NCBI RefSeq assembly: GCF_036321535.1
Contig: NC_087436.1
Span: forward strand, 75,394,001 to 75,458,000
DNA from: Camelus dromedarius
Taxonomy: Eukaryota
Direction of reading: 5' to 3'
DNA: 64,000 nucleotides
This document shows positions 52,390-63,844 of the stretch, one piece after another. The stretch's first letter is position 1. Each line of letters opens with the position of its first letter. The notes under the pieces were generated by a model. It ran no database searches and had not been told where the DNA came from. It worked only from the letters and a program-made list of their open reading frames with translations. Position numbers and translations under genes: made by a program.

Positions 52390-53825
52390 ATACTGCCCCA
52401 TTTTCATCCAGTCTGACAATCTTTATCTTTTCACATTTTCATTCAGTGTAATCACTGATATTTTAAGGTTTATATATGCTATTTTACAGTTGTTTTTTTT
52501 TTTGTCACTTCTGTTTTCTTTTTCTTTTTTTTTTTTTCTCTTTTCATCTTTTGGATCAATCTAATATTTTTATATTTAATTTCCCATTAGCTTGTTAGTT
52601 ATGCATGCTTTTATTATTCCTTTAGTGGTTATCCTAGTGATTAAAATATGTAATATTTCTTCCCACCTACTACTAGAACCTTAACACTTCAGCTTAATTT
52701 ATCCCTCTACTAGCTTAAGTGTCATTGTTATTATGCATTTTATGCTTACATATATTTTAAATCGCCCAAAATGTTATCATTTTTGCTTTTACAGTTATTT
52801 ATTTAGATTTATCCACATGTTTGCCCTTTTGATTACTCTAAACTCCTTCCTACATTACTGTGTTTCCATCTAGAATCATATTCCTTTTGCCCGAAGAACT
52901 AACTTTAGTTTTTTTTTTTAAGTTTGAGTTTGGAGATTACAAATTCTCCCAGGTTTTATTAATTTAAAACATCTGTATTTCACTTTCATTGTTGAAGGAT
53001 ATTTTTGCTTGGTATAGAATTCTAAGATGGTGATGGTTTTTGTTTCTCACTTTAGAGATTTGCCTCCTGACTTTCACTATTTTTTGATGGACAAGTTAGC
53101 TGTCAGTTTTAGCATTTATCTTTGAAGATAATTCCTCTATGGCTTTTAAGATTTTTCTCTGTGGAAACAATCTAAGTGTCTGTTGATGGATGAATGAATA
53201 AAGATAATGTGGTATATAAATGTACAATGGGATATTGTTCACTCTTAAAAAAAAGAAGGAAACCCTGTCATTTGCAACAACATAGATAAACCTGGAGAGC
53301 ATTATGCTAAGTGAAATAACCCAGACAGAAAGACAAATACTGCATGTTATCACTTATATGTGGAATCCAAAAAAAAAAAAAGCCATACTCATAGAAACGG
53401 AGAGTAGAAAAGTAGTTGCCAGGGGCTGGGGGTGGGGAAGGTAGGGACCAGTTGGGGGAGAAAAAGGATTTTTCTCTTTGCTGTTAGTTTTTTGTAGTTT
53501 TACTCTGATGTGCTTAGATATTATTTTCCTTGTATTTATTCTGCTTGATATTCATAGCACTTCTGGAATCTATGGTTTGATTATTTTCTTCTATTTTGGA
53601 AAATTATTGGCTATTATTTCTTGAAAAATTTGTTTCTGCCTATTTTGTATCGTTTCTTTCTCAGGACTCGATTGCTCATATATATTTTAAACCTTGTAAC
53701 ATGTTCCATGTGTCTCCCATGCTCTTTTCCATACTTTCTGTTCTCAGTGCTTCAGTCTGAGTATTTGCTATTACTTACCCTCCTGTTTACTAATTTTTTT
53801 TAGTTATATCCAGTCTTCAGTTAAG
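52390..53825 (-). mobile_element. Old L1 (L1MD/ME-like) internal fragment
   Basis: T-rich antisense L1: atccagtctgacaatctttatcttt...ttgaaggatatttttgcttggtatagaattcta...ttggaaaattattggctattatttctt. Confidence 0.85.
53161..53465 (+). mobile_element. L1MA/MB fragment nested in the older L1, with TSD
   Basis: ORF2-end sequence aaacaatctaagtgtctgttgatggatgaat...cattatgctaagtgaaataacccagacagaaagacaaatactgcatg; TSD GATTTTTCTCT at 53150-53160 and 53467-53477. Confidence 0.9.
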
Positions 53826-53889
53826 TAAAATTAATCTCATCTGTTTGTGTTCTGTTGTGGAGTTTCGAATTAATTGCGTTTATAAATAC

Positions 53890-54328
53890 TGGTAATCCGA
53901 TGAAGTATTTATAGTTTAAAAAAATCTCCGATATATGTTCTATTGTCTTCTGTTATCTTCATAAAGTTCTAAACAGAATAATATACAATGTTTCTTTGAG
54001 TTGCATGGTGGTTAAGTTCCTGGACAACTCAGTGTATATTATTACCACTCAATAAATTCTTTGTGTTTGTGTGTAAAATTGAGTTAGGATATGTAATCAG
54101 ATAACTATAAACAGATTTTTCACTGACATGAATGTTTTGTGGGACATTTGAAAGTCATGTGGTAGTGGAAACAGTTTTTTCTTGGTGCAGGAATGCTCAC
54201 CACACAACATCTAGAATTTATGATCCCTGTCTATTGTCTATTAAATGCCAGTAGCACCCCACCTTCATTCTTCAGAGCAGATTTTTAAATGCCTCTTGGG
54301 GTGGCATAGTCCCTGTTGAGGAGCCTAC
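53890..54328 (-). mobile_element. MER20B-like hAT element
   Basis: cagataactataaacagatttttcactgacatgaatgttttgtgggacatttgaaagtcatgtgg...taaatgccagtagcacccc. Confidence 0.8.
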
Positions 54329-54809
54329 TTTACTTAGTGAGGCTGGGTCATCAGTGATAAAGTCTTTGACTCAGGGTCTTGGCTGAGCCTGACCACAGAC
54401 ATAGTAGGATGTGGCTTTACGTGAGTGTCAGTCCAACTCTCAGCCATTTACTGGGTGGCCAGTTTAACGAGGCCAGCTGCCAAGAGATCTGGCTAGAGGA
54501 AAAAGTTAGGGACCAAGGACATGCCGCACAGCTTCAAGTGCTATGATACAGCTTTGGCGTGCCAGACCACAGTAGCATCAGGTAGATGAGCCTAGCTTTC
54601 TGTCAGAAATAGAGAGGCCCTTTTAGAGCAAAACTCTTGACTGAAACATAGGTCTAGAAGGCAGGATCTCAAACGGCCTATATTGAAAATGGCTCCTGCA
54701 GCCGCAAGGGCAGCATGGAGAAGGAAGTACTGTTGTCTGTGTGTTTGACTTTCGGCAATGATATCACAAAATTGCCAGCAATTATTTAAATTTGGGAACA
54801 TCTATCTAT

Positions 54810-54980
54810 CCACCCATCCATCCATTCATTAACACAGTCAGCAACATCGTAAGTGCCTGCTATGTATCAGTCACTATGGGAATATACAGCTACCTATATA
54901 TAAAGAAATTGTCCTTACTCTTGGGGAGGGAGACAGATGACTAAACAACTGATGACAGAAGGAACGATAATGATGTAGTG
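54810..54980 (-). mobile_element. L2 3' end
   Basis: catccatccattcatt...aagtgcctgctatgtatcagtcactatggg. Confidence 0.65.
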
Positions 54981-55796
54981 GCAGAGGAAGACAAGAAAAT
55001 AAATAATTTTAATATGAGAGATAAGGGTATAGCTATAATTTAATTTCATGTGTAAACATTCTGAATGTTTGATTTTTTTCTCCATTTGCCTTAGGAATAG
55101 GAAATGAAGTCTTTAAGAGCTGAATTGTTAGAGGGAAATAAAGCAATTACAGGCTCTACTAGAGTCTCCCTAGTTCCTGGATTACTTAAAATGGAGATAT
55201 GAGGCAGACTTTTATTCATTATAGAACTTTTAATGTGGTTAACATCTCTAGGAATTTATAAGGTTTATTTTGTCACTGGAGTTCTCTTAGGTTGGGCTTT
55301 CGCTATAACACGATTATGTTAGAACAAATGGAAAGCTGGGTGTAAAAATAGAAGAGCTAAGCCTGTGTTTCCATTGCTTCAGAATTTGGAATGTGAAGCA
55401 CATTCGCTGGGTATTGTATTCTATATTTTGAAGAGTTTATTATTTTTTTTTTTGTATACTATTCTAGAAGTATAGTTTCCACAGCACTGTATAGTGGAAC
55501 ATTTTGTAAACATTTGAGCTGTGGGAAAGTTAATTTCCCCTTATCCTGGAAGCTGGGAGATTTTCTAAAGCTCTAAATGCTACAACTGTTCCCTCTGTAA
55601 CAGAAAATACCGTGACAACCAGTTAAGATTGTGACAAGGGACTGAACTCATAGGTAACATTTATTAAGTGTTTTCTCTGCACCAGTCACTGTGCTAAGTA
55701 AGTACATTAGTTTGTTTCATCTTCACTGTCACCCTATTGGGTCCTATCTTATCCTTAGTTTACATATTAAGAAATGGAGACTCAGAGAGCTAAGAG

Positions 55797-55886
55797 GAGA
55801 AGAGCTGGATATAGCTCAGTGCTAGAACACATGCTTAGCATGCACAAGGTCCTGGGTTCAATCCCTAGTACCGCCATTAATAATAA

Positions 55887-55936
<50 letters not shown>

Positions 55937-55960
55937 ATAATAATAATGTAAAAAATAAAA
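55797..55960 (+). mobile_element. tRNA-Ala(AGC)-derived SINE (camelid Vic-1 type)
   Basis: ggatatagctcagtgctagaacacatgcttagcatgcacaaggtcctgggttcaatccctagtaccgcca has an A box, AGC anticodon loop and B box; simple-repeat tail; TSD AGCTAAGAG at 55788-55796 and 55961-55969. Confidence 0.9.
55878..55946. repeat. (TAA)n(TAG)16(TAA)n microsatellite in the SINE tail
   Basis: Perfect TAG run at 55887-55934. Confidence 0.95.
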
Positions 55961-56104
55961 AGCTAAGAGATTTGTCTAACTTCCCAAAGCTAGGGAGTAA
56001 TTGAATTGGTATTTGAACCCAAGTTTATCCACTCTACCACAATGGCATTGCTACTTGAGTTAGTGTGGTATATAACCTTGTGGTCATAGACCAAGGCTGT
56101 GGGT

Positions 56105-56330
56105 ATAGAGGTGAGTATGATGGGAAAAACATAAGCTTCAGAATCAAATGGACATTGGTTCAAATACAGGTACAATCACTTAGAAGCTTTGGGAATATTT
56201 CCTAACCTCTAGGAACCTTGGTTTCCTTATCTATAAAATAAGAATGATGGTAATATGTATCTCAAAATATTTTAGGAAGAAATATGAAAGATGTGAATGT
56301 GCCAAAAAATCTGGAACCCAAAAGGTACTC
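56105..56330 (+). mobile_element. MIR SINE
   Basis: ttggttcaaatac...cctaacctctaggaaccttggtttccttatctataaaataagaatgatg. Confidence 0.75.
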
Positions 56331-56696
56331 TCTTTCTCCTTTTTCTTTTCTATGCGAGATGGAATTTTGAGGAATAAGACTGGCTTTGCAAAAGCAGGGG
56401 GAGCTTTGGGAACGTGAGACAGGAAAATATTGACTTAGTCAAGGAGTCAGAGAAGACCTCCCTGGAGAAATGCTATTTCATTTGAGACTGAGAAGATGTG
56501 CAGAAGTTAGATTAAGAGAGGTGGGAGTGTGCTGTTAGAGGCATGGGGTGCCTGTTAGGCAGGTAAGTCAATTAACCTCACAGTTCTTTCCTCTGTAAAG
56601 TTGGCAGCACTGCCCTAGCTTGCCTCACCTTGTTGATCTATTAAAGTGAGAACGTGGAAGTAAGAGTGACTTGAAATGGTAGGACAGCTCTATAAT

Positions 56697-56741
56697 ATCT
56701 GTCTGTCTGTCTATACATGTATATGTGTATGTGTGTGTATA

Positions 56742-56786
<45 letters not shown>
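56697..56786. repeat. Compound (TCTG)n/(TG)n/(TA)n microsatellite
   Basis: Seen directly. Confidence 0.9.
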
Positions 56787-56859
56787 TACATATATAAAAT
56801 AAGGCATATTTATAACTAAACATTCATTGTTATTGATGTTATATGATAACAATATAGCA

Positions 56860-57060
56860 TAGAAGAAAAAGGATGGGTTTGAAACCCAGATCTACCCATT
56901 ACTAGATGTACTCTGGACAAATCACTTAGCTTTTTCACCCCTATTCTCTCATTGATAAAATTAGTGTAGTGATGCGTTGCCCACAGGATGCTGGAGGGGC
57001 CCTGAGATGGTGAGCATGTGGAAGTCCTGGAGAAGTACTGGCACTTGGCAGAAGCTTGTT
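56860..57060 (+). mobile_element. MIR SINE
   Basis: tgggtttgaaacccagatctacccattactagatgtactctggacaaatcacttag. Confidence 0.7.
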
Positions 57061-57468
57061 CCCTTTCCTTTCCTTTCCTTTCCCTGCCTCCACTGGTGTT
57101 ACTACACTATTCTAAGAGCACATATGTACAAGAACATGATGTTAACCTGCCATGCTGTTCAGGGTCTCTTGTCAGCCAACTGAACAAAGACATTTTAAGT
57201 TATATATAACAGCTATCTTTTCATCTGTGATTCATGCTGTTGTTTCTGTAGCTAAGCTGGTCCTCTTATGGCTGATGCCTTCAGGTTTATCATTTTAAGA
57301 CAACAGCAGGAAGAGATCAGGTACAAGCTAATCACCCCGGATGCTGAAAAGGGAAACTACTTAGGCCTTTGGTGTGCGAAGCAAGAAACTCCATCAGGGG
57401 GTATTATGTGGAGTAAGCCTTTGAAATAGATCTCAAACAGGAAGTGGTTCACCGATTTTCTCTTTCAG

Positions 57469-57546
57469 TTGGTGTTGGCTTGGATTTATCCCTCCTGAAA
57501 GGGGAGAATTTAATGTAAATACACGGACTCGTATCTTTTCTAAACA
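57469..57546 (+). other. Candidate 78-nt cassette exon (unverified)
   Basis: Acceptor ttttctctttcag and donor CA/gtaagt in non-repeat DNA; one open frame. Confidence 0.25.
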
Positions 57547-58136
57547 GTAAGTGTCCTCAGTTCTGTTTTATTTGAGGCTGGATAAGGAGCTTCATATGAA
57601 CTTTAAAATGAGACCAAATGAAAAAGGTATTGTTTATCTAAGCTGTCTGAGGAAGGGCACTTGGGGAAAGAATTGAACTCTAAAATAACCCTATGAAAGT
57701 TATTGATTCGTTTCTTTATGGTTCCTTGACAAACAAGAACCATTATTTCTGTGCCCGAACTGGAGCTGGGTCAAAAAACCCTTTTATATGGATTGTCTTT
57801 CCTGAAAACCAGACTTGTCAGGAAAATGAACCTCCAGAAATGACAACATGGGGCCCAGTGGAATATTGGTCCTTTCATTGCTTTGAGGGACAAGTAGAGA
57901 ACACAGTTAATTTTTAAAAATCTTACTGAGTGCAAGAAGATTGGGGATAACTCAGGAAGTTTAGATAAACGGCTCATTGTAAGGTGTTTGGTTTTATTTA
58001 ATTCCCCTCCCCATATGCCAGTTCAACTCCAAAGCCCAGATTCTGTCTACCCAAGGTTGGCAGGGAAAAGGACACCATATTTTTTTTGTTCTTCATCCTT
58101 ATATTTTGAAAGTAGCTTTAAAAGATCACATAAGTT

Positions 58137-58333
58137 GATTAGCAGATACAAATTTCTATATATAAAATAGATAAACAACAAGGTCTTACTGTACAGCACA
58201 GGGAACTATATTCAATAGCTTGTAATAAACTACAATGAAAAAGAATATATATACGTATGTATAACTGAATCTATGCTGTACACCAGGAGCTAACACAACA
58301 TTGTAAATCAACTATACTTCAACTTTTAAAAAA
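58137..58333 (+). mobile_element. 5'-truncated cetartiodactyl L1 3' end with TSD
   Basis: gataaacaacaaggtcttactgtacagcacagggaactatattcaa...acattgtaaatcaactatacttcaa; TSD ATCACATAAGTT at 58125-58136 and 58334-58345. Confidence 0.93.
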
Positions 58334-60161
58334 ATCACATAAGTTACATGTTTTGTTACTGAAAAAATAGAAAATATGGATAAGCATAAAGGAAAAAAAC
58401 AAAAAATCACCAAGAATCCCCACCCAGGAGTGACCATCCTTCACTTACTAGTTTGTTTAATTCCATACTTTGTTTCCATGACCAGAAATATATTTTAATT
58501 ATAAAAAAGTATTGTATTCTACATACTAGTTTGTAATTTGAAAGCATAGCTTTGGGGTTGCTTTATTTCTTCTTTCTCATTTTTGGCCTAAGAAGCCCAG
58601 GGGATTTAAAATGAAATGAATTAATCAATAATTAAAGTAGGGTTATTGTACCATACAGATGAAAGAAAATTTAAGTTGACAGTTGATATAGTGCTATTAT
58701 AAAATACTATAATTTCCCCCAAGAAATTTGCGTACTGATGAGGGATGTATTCATTGTTTATTTTTAGCATTAAACAAGTGTTCAATAAATACTTAACCAA
58801 GTGAATTATTTTTTGTTGTAGTTTTTCAAAGCCCCTTGCTCTTACTTTAAGATATTTGAGGATGGAGGCAATATATTATCTGCAAGAACACTTTATTCAC
58901 TTTATTATTGAAAAATTTGAAAGCCGTTTAAAATGATCATATTTTGATTGCTTTTTAGGTTTGTTGTAATCTAATCCTTTAATCTGTAGTCTAGTGAAAA
59001 ACTATTTTAAGACTGTTTCTTTTGCAGAGTGTGTTAGATTGGAAGAGAGGATTATAAAGTGATGGAATTGCTATAGTAACATGGAAAATCTGTACAATTT
59101 ACTTTACAATGTTATTTCTTTGGACTTTATGGCTTTATCCAGAGTTTTAGCTATTGAGGAACTCCAGTATCCCTACCTTCATAAAGCAATTTTATGGCAC
59201 CATAGAAATTGATTTGTAAAGTTTTAAACCTGAAAAATATATGGCCATCTATCTAGGCCTTGGTAGAGGGCTCATTTTATTTAAAATTAACCATAAATTA
59301 TTTACTCTCTAAGGACATTAATATAAGGCAGTTTTTTTGGACAAATCCAATGCCTAGATGAAGAAACATTTTCATTGTAGTTTGATTCCAGTGAAATAAT
59401 AACCTTCAACATTATGGAAATTTTGTAGTGACATCATTTAAGCATTGTTTTCTCAAGACCTCACATCAACTGGGGTATCTTGAGTCATGGGGACAGATAT
59501 TTTCTTGAGGATAAGCAAGTTCTCAGCCAACACCCAGGAATTATGCTAGGGCAAGGGGCTCAACAAGCATAAAACGAGCTCTCCTTCCTGGAAGAGTCAT
59601 AGTCTAGTAGGAAGACAGATATGTGAGCAAACTGAGGAATACTTCCTGGGCCCCAGTAAATTTAGTTTTGAATTAGTAGGAAGAAAAATTATGTTTCTGT
59701 GAATTAAAGTGAGAAATTATTCCACGTTTTTAGAACACCGTGTGTGGAGTTCAATAAGTAGGGTCCAGTGACTGAGAGCTGCTAAAAGGTATACCAGACT
59801 ATTTTGGAGTCTAGGATCACTGAGGAAATAGTTGAGATGAAGGGGAGAATTTGATGCCCAGTGTAAGCATGCCACATCTGGAGAGAGTAGAGATGACAGG
59901 TGCCTTAGAGCCATCATTTGCTGAACTGATGTGGCCATCTGAGGTCTGAGTGAAAAGGAAGAGGCTTTGCCAATGACCTATGTAGTCTTGAAAATGCAAT
60001 CTGTGGTGTCATTCCTTTCTTCTAATGCAACATCCTGAGTCTTCACTGCTAGGGTCCTGACTAACTAGTAATTTCACTCTGTTTTACCTGTGTTGGCCAG
60101 AGTGGGAAGATGGGAAAGTCAAGCTACTTAGGAAATGTTTAGAAGATATTTGTTTGGTTTA

Positions 60162-60224
60162 CTGTACACCTGAAACTAACATTGCAAATCAACTACACTT
60201 CAATAAAAAATAAAATACAAAAAA
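60162..60224 (+). mobile_element. Very short L1 3' terminus with A tail
   Basis: ctgtacacctgaaactaacattgcaaatcaactacacttcaataaaaaataaaa. Confidence 0.8.
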
Positions 60225-60329
60225 GAAGATACTGGCTCAATGCCTGTGACATTATAGAAAGCAGTTGGATTAAAATAATTACATGAGAACGTAAATTAAT
60301 GAGCCTTTCACTGTAAGTTCCAGATCTCT

Positions 60330-60510
60330 TTTAGTACATCATTTCATTTGATCCTTTCAATAACCCTATTTGTTTAGTACGTTATTATCCCTACTTTACA
60401 GATGAAGAACCTGAGACACAGACACCATCACTTGATAACAGACTCACTGTTAATGAATGGTGACACCAAGATTCAAGTCCAGCAGCCTGGCTCCAGAGCC
60501 CAAGTTCTTA
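60330..60510 (-). mobile_element. MIR SINE (followed by a + strand MIR fragment at ~60520-60660)
   Basis: ttattatccctactttacagatgaagaacctgagacacaga...gattcaagtccagcagcctggctccagagccc. Confidence 0.85.
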
Positions 60511-60922
60511 GGTCTTAGAAGTTTGTGAATTTGAGCCAATCACTCAATCTATCGCATCTCGTTTCCTCATCTGTTAAGTGGGAATAGTTATGACCATAAC
60601 AGTGCCAGCTTCATAGGGTCATCATGCCTGTAAGAGCTTTGCGTAGTGCTGATGTGCGGTTACTTCCGTCTCTGCTGGGCCCAGCCCTCCGGGATGAGGG
60701 CAGAGGTCAGGGAGCAAACTAGGTCACTCTCCTGCACTTACCCACAAGTGCCTTCTCCTCTCAGCACTTCCTGTCGGCATAAGTGGTCAATAAACAGTAG
60801 CCGCTGACTTTGTGAAGTTGTCATTTTTGTTTACTCTGTGTCCTGAAGCTGATACTGTTTTCTTAACTCAGCAGGGAAGATATATGACATCGTGCTTGAG
60901 AATGAAATTATTTTTCCCTTAC

Positions 60923-60995
60923 CTACGTATCATTGCCTTTTGGGTTAAGTGTAAACTGTAGTTGGCAGACTACTGCCAATTTTCAGAGGCATGTG
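60923..60995 (-). other. Candidate 73-nt non-coding exon (unverified)
   Basis: Minus-strand acceptor tttctttctctttattgttacag and donor TAG/gtaagg; stops in all frames. Confidence 0.25.
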
Positions 60996-61255
60996 CTGTA
61001 ACAATAAAGAGAAAGAAATTCTGACCTATTCTGAGTCAGGTTCTAGTAGTCATCTGCTTTGACCCAGGTTTTGTATGAATTAGCCACTGGGAATGTAATC
61101 TCACCTCAGATATATTTTATATTTCTTAAATGACTTTGGGTTTGAAGCACATTACCTAAAAGATTATGCATCTAACATTTTTCCTCACAGAAGGGTGACT
61201 TCATTTTTCCTTGGGAATACAGTGCATGTCTGTGTAAATCTGCACCTGTTGTTGG

Positions 61256-61683
61256 CATGTCATTGTCCTTCAGAGAAACAGAACTAATCAGAGACGTGTG
61301 TGTGTGTGTACTTGGAGAGGGAGAGGGAGAGAGGAGGAGAGGAGGGAATTTATTTTAAGGAATTGGCTCATATGATTGTGGGGACTGGCAAGTTTGAAAC
61401 CAGGAGAGCAGGCCAGGCAGGCTGGAAACTCGGGCAGAATTTCTGTGCTACAATCAGAAAGCTGAATTCCTTCCTCTCCAGGAAACCTCAGGTTTTGCTT
61501 TTAAGGCCTTCAGCTGATTGAATGAGGCTCATCCATATTGTTGGGGATAATTTCCTTTACTTTACTAATTATAAATGTTAATCACATCTCTAAAATACTT
61601 TCACAGCAACATCGAGGCCAGTGTTTGACCAAACAGCTGGTTGCCAGAGCCGAGCCAAGTTGGCACAGAAATTAACCATCACA
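61256..61683 (-). mobile_element. ERVL LTR (MLT2C-like)
   Basis: cagagaaacagaactaat...atttattttaaggaattggctcatatgattgtggggactggcaagtttgaaa...gccaagttggcacagaaattaaccatcaca. Confidence 0.92.
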
Positions 61684-61889
61684 TTTGGTTTCTGCCTTTT
61701 TGTGTGACAGCATCCTTTACTAGCATCCACCATTTTCCCAGCTCATCCGCTTTCAGGTCAAAAATATTCTGTGACTCTGTGAAGAGCTTAGAAAATTCCC
61801 TCATTCCTCCCCCAAAGTGTTTGAGTAGCACTTCAAATATTAGAGGACAAAAGGATAAGGAAGTGTAGAAAGGAAGAAAAAGCCTTCAC

Positions 61890-62395
61890 TAAGCAACTTG
61901 TGAGCTGTGAACACTTGTTTGTGCCAGGCCCAGGACAGTGCCTGCTCTGAGGTGCTCACAGTCTGGTCTGGCCATGCTAACATTAGATGTGAGTGCAGTG
62001 AAGCAGGACAGTGTGTGCAGGAAACAGGGGTCACAGAGAAGCTGTGGGGAGCCACACCCCACTGGGGGTGCAGTGTTCAGAATTAAGGGTTAGGAAATGA
62101 TTTGTCCTTGAGGCTGAAGGTTGAAAGAAGTGTGTTGGTTTGCAGACTCTTTGGAGAAGTCAGGGAGAAGTGGGGATCCAGGAGGAGGGTAAGACGTGAG
62201 ACCAGATGAGGGAAGCTGGGGCTTTCTGATGCTTGACCAACTTGAGTGGGTGAAAGTCTCAGGACTGTGAGATTTGCCAAGCCTAGGGAAAGGGGAGCGC
62301 CAGATGATGGGGTCTGCACTTTATCCCATCAGGGGTAAAGATGAGCCATAGGGTAGTTTTAAAGCAGAGAATAATAATGGGTAACACTCTTAAAA
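61890..62395 (-). mobile_element. L2 fragment
   Basis: tgtgccaggcccaggacagtgcctgctctgaggtgctcacagtctgg...gagccatagggtagttttaaagcagag. Confidence 0.7.
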
Positions 62396-62630
62396 GAGGC
62401 TTAGTGTTTAAAACTCAGCCAAATAGTATGGCAGTTTTCAACCCATGAGAAATAGGAATTTGGGTTCGGAAATCTCTGGGAAGATGAATTTCACTATAGT
62501 CTGTGGTATCTTCACCAGTTCAATTCAAAGTCATCCGAGCAGCCTTTGAAAGGACAGAAACAGGTCTCTGTGAGATCTGTGCTATACTTGGGTTCAAAGT
62601 TACTTCAAAATGGGCACATTTGACTTCAAT

Positions 62631-63844
62631 TGTGTCCCATATTTTCACTGCAAACATTTTTGTTGTGAGCAGTTTTACTCCACAACTAGTTGGCATTGGA
62701 CAATTTTGCTGTAAAAGATAAAATAGAAACAAAAGCAAAATAAAAGAAGAACATTAAAAGAACATACTGAAACATGAAAAATTAACAAAATTTTAAAAAG
62801 ATTTTATTGTGTAAAATACAAAAAGCATTTGAACATATTTAAAATGCGTGTAGATTAATGGTTATAGTTGTATCAGGTGTATCTTAGAGAAAGCGGTGAT
62901 ACTTCCTTTCTCAAATCCATCGTTAAGGATTCAGGATCTAACATCCAGCATAAGTTCTTTACGATATTAAAAAAAAGATCTGCTGTTAAGTCTGTTCAGA
63001 TTCCCCTGGAAGTAAAACAAACAGACGAGGGATGCTGTTATTTCCCATCAGTACACACAGTGTGTATAACTGGTGGTGCACATCTGGACTACATTGAAAC
63101 GTTCCAGCACATGCCCAGTCCTTACACTCCACCAAGTCATCTAAGTCAGAGTCTGCACCAAACCCCAAATTCTGTCTACATCATGTCCTCCACTATCAAA
63201 TGGTGAAAAATCTTCACCATTTTCAAGAAACTTATCAGGAGTCGGGTAATGATTTCTTTCTGAGGAGACAGGAGAAGCTTGATTCTTCTTTTGCCTCCAG
63301 TTTCTAATATTATCTGATAAATTTGGTAAAGACGGCGTTAGAGAACATGACATTGAATCTAAATTAGCCAAAGAATTGAACATTGATGCTCTGGAAGACT
63401 GTTGCGAATTAGTAGCCACCTCTTTGATACTCACCGTAGCTTGGTACTTTTGGTTTTGATGGGTGGAACGAATGACTGTGCTCAACAAAGGATTTGCAAA
63501 ATGATATGTTATTTTCTAGTATAGCATGCAGTCTGAGTTTATGCTCTCCTGTTTCACACTTCCAGTAAGTTTTCTCATCATCACATTTCATATCAAGTCA
63601 ATCAATATACATAGCTGTTATCATCTACTATTTTAAGCCCGCCACATCTACTCGTCACTGTGTAGACCATTATGCGGTTTACTAAGATTTCCATAATAAA
63701 AAAATGAGAGTATCTTGTCAACGGAGAAGGGAAACCAAACTGTCAACCAGTTATTTTATCTTTTACAGCTGAATTGTCCTAGGGCCAATTCATTGTGTGG
63801 CAAAAACTGCTTCTGGCAAAGATTCTTATGAAATACCTAGAACA
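62631..63844 (-). mobile_element. Mutator/MULE-MuDR DNA transposon (Ricksha-like), internally deleted
   Basis: Long degenerate TIRs (62698-62725 vs reverse complement of 63752-63779: 26/28 identical, similarity extends outward to ~90 bp) enclosing a fossil MULE transposase. Confidence 0.9.
62860..63670 (-). pseudogene. Fossil MULE transposase (FLYWCH zinc finger + N-terminal part of the DDE domain), frameshifted and truncated
   Basis: Joined frames: MVYTVTSRCGGLKIVDDNSYVY*...EKTYWKCE...EHSH...LPNLSDNIRNWRQKK...NGEDFSPFDSG...KDWACAGTFQCSPDVHHQLYTL...IPRLFVLLPGESEQT*...LDPESLTMD(F)EKGSITAFSK. Confidence 0.9.

Larger units (their letters stand above)
55655..56035 (-). mobile_element. MIR SINE interrupted by a younger SINE
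   Basis: aacatttattaagtg...cactgtgctaagt...gaaatggagactcagagagctaag | atttgtctaac...tttgaacccaag. Confidence 0.8.

Noticed and set aside
55807..55876. Functional tRNA-Ala(AGC) gene
   Set aside because: Mutated D-loop GG and stems, simple-repeat tail and flanking TSD mark it as a retroposed SINE
55774..56004. Poly-Ser ORF
   Set aside because: Artefact of the (TAG/AGT)n microsatellite
1062..62738. The short ORFs of the supplied track as genes
   Set aside because: All are under 150 aa, most lie in repeats or low-complexity DNA, and none resembles a host protein or forms a coherent exon chain; only transposon-derived peptides were recognisable
62520..62738. Minus-strand splice acceptor (tctattttatcttttacag) and ORF suggesting an exon
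   Set aside because: The acceptor-like sequence is part of the MULE TIR; the same sequence recurs inverted at 63752-63768
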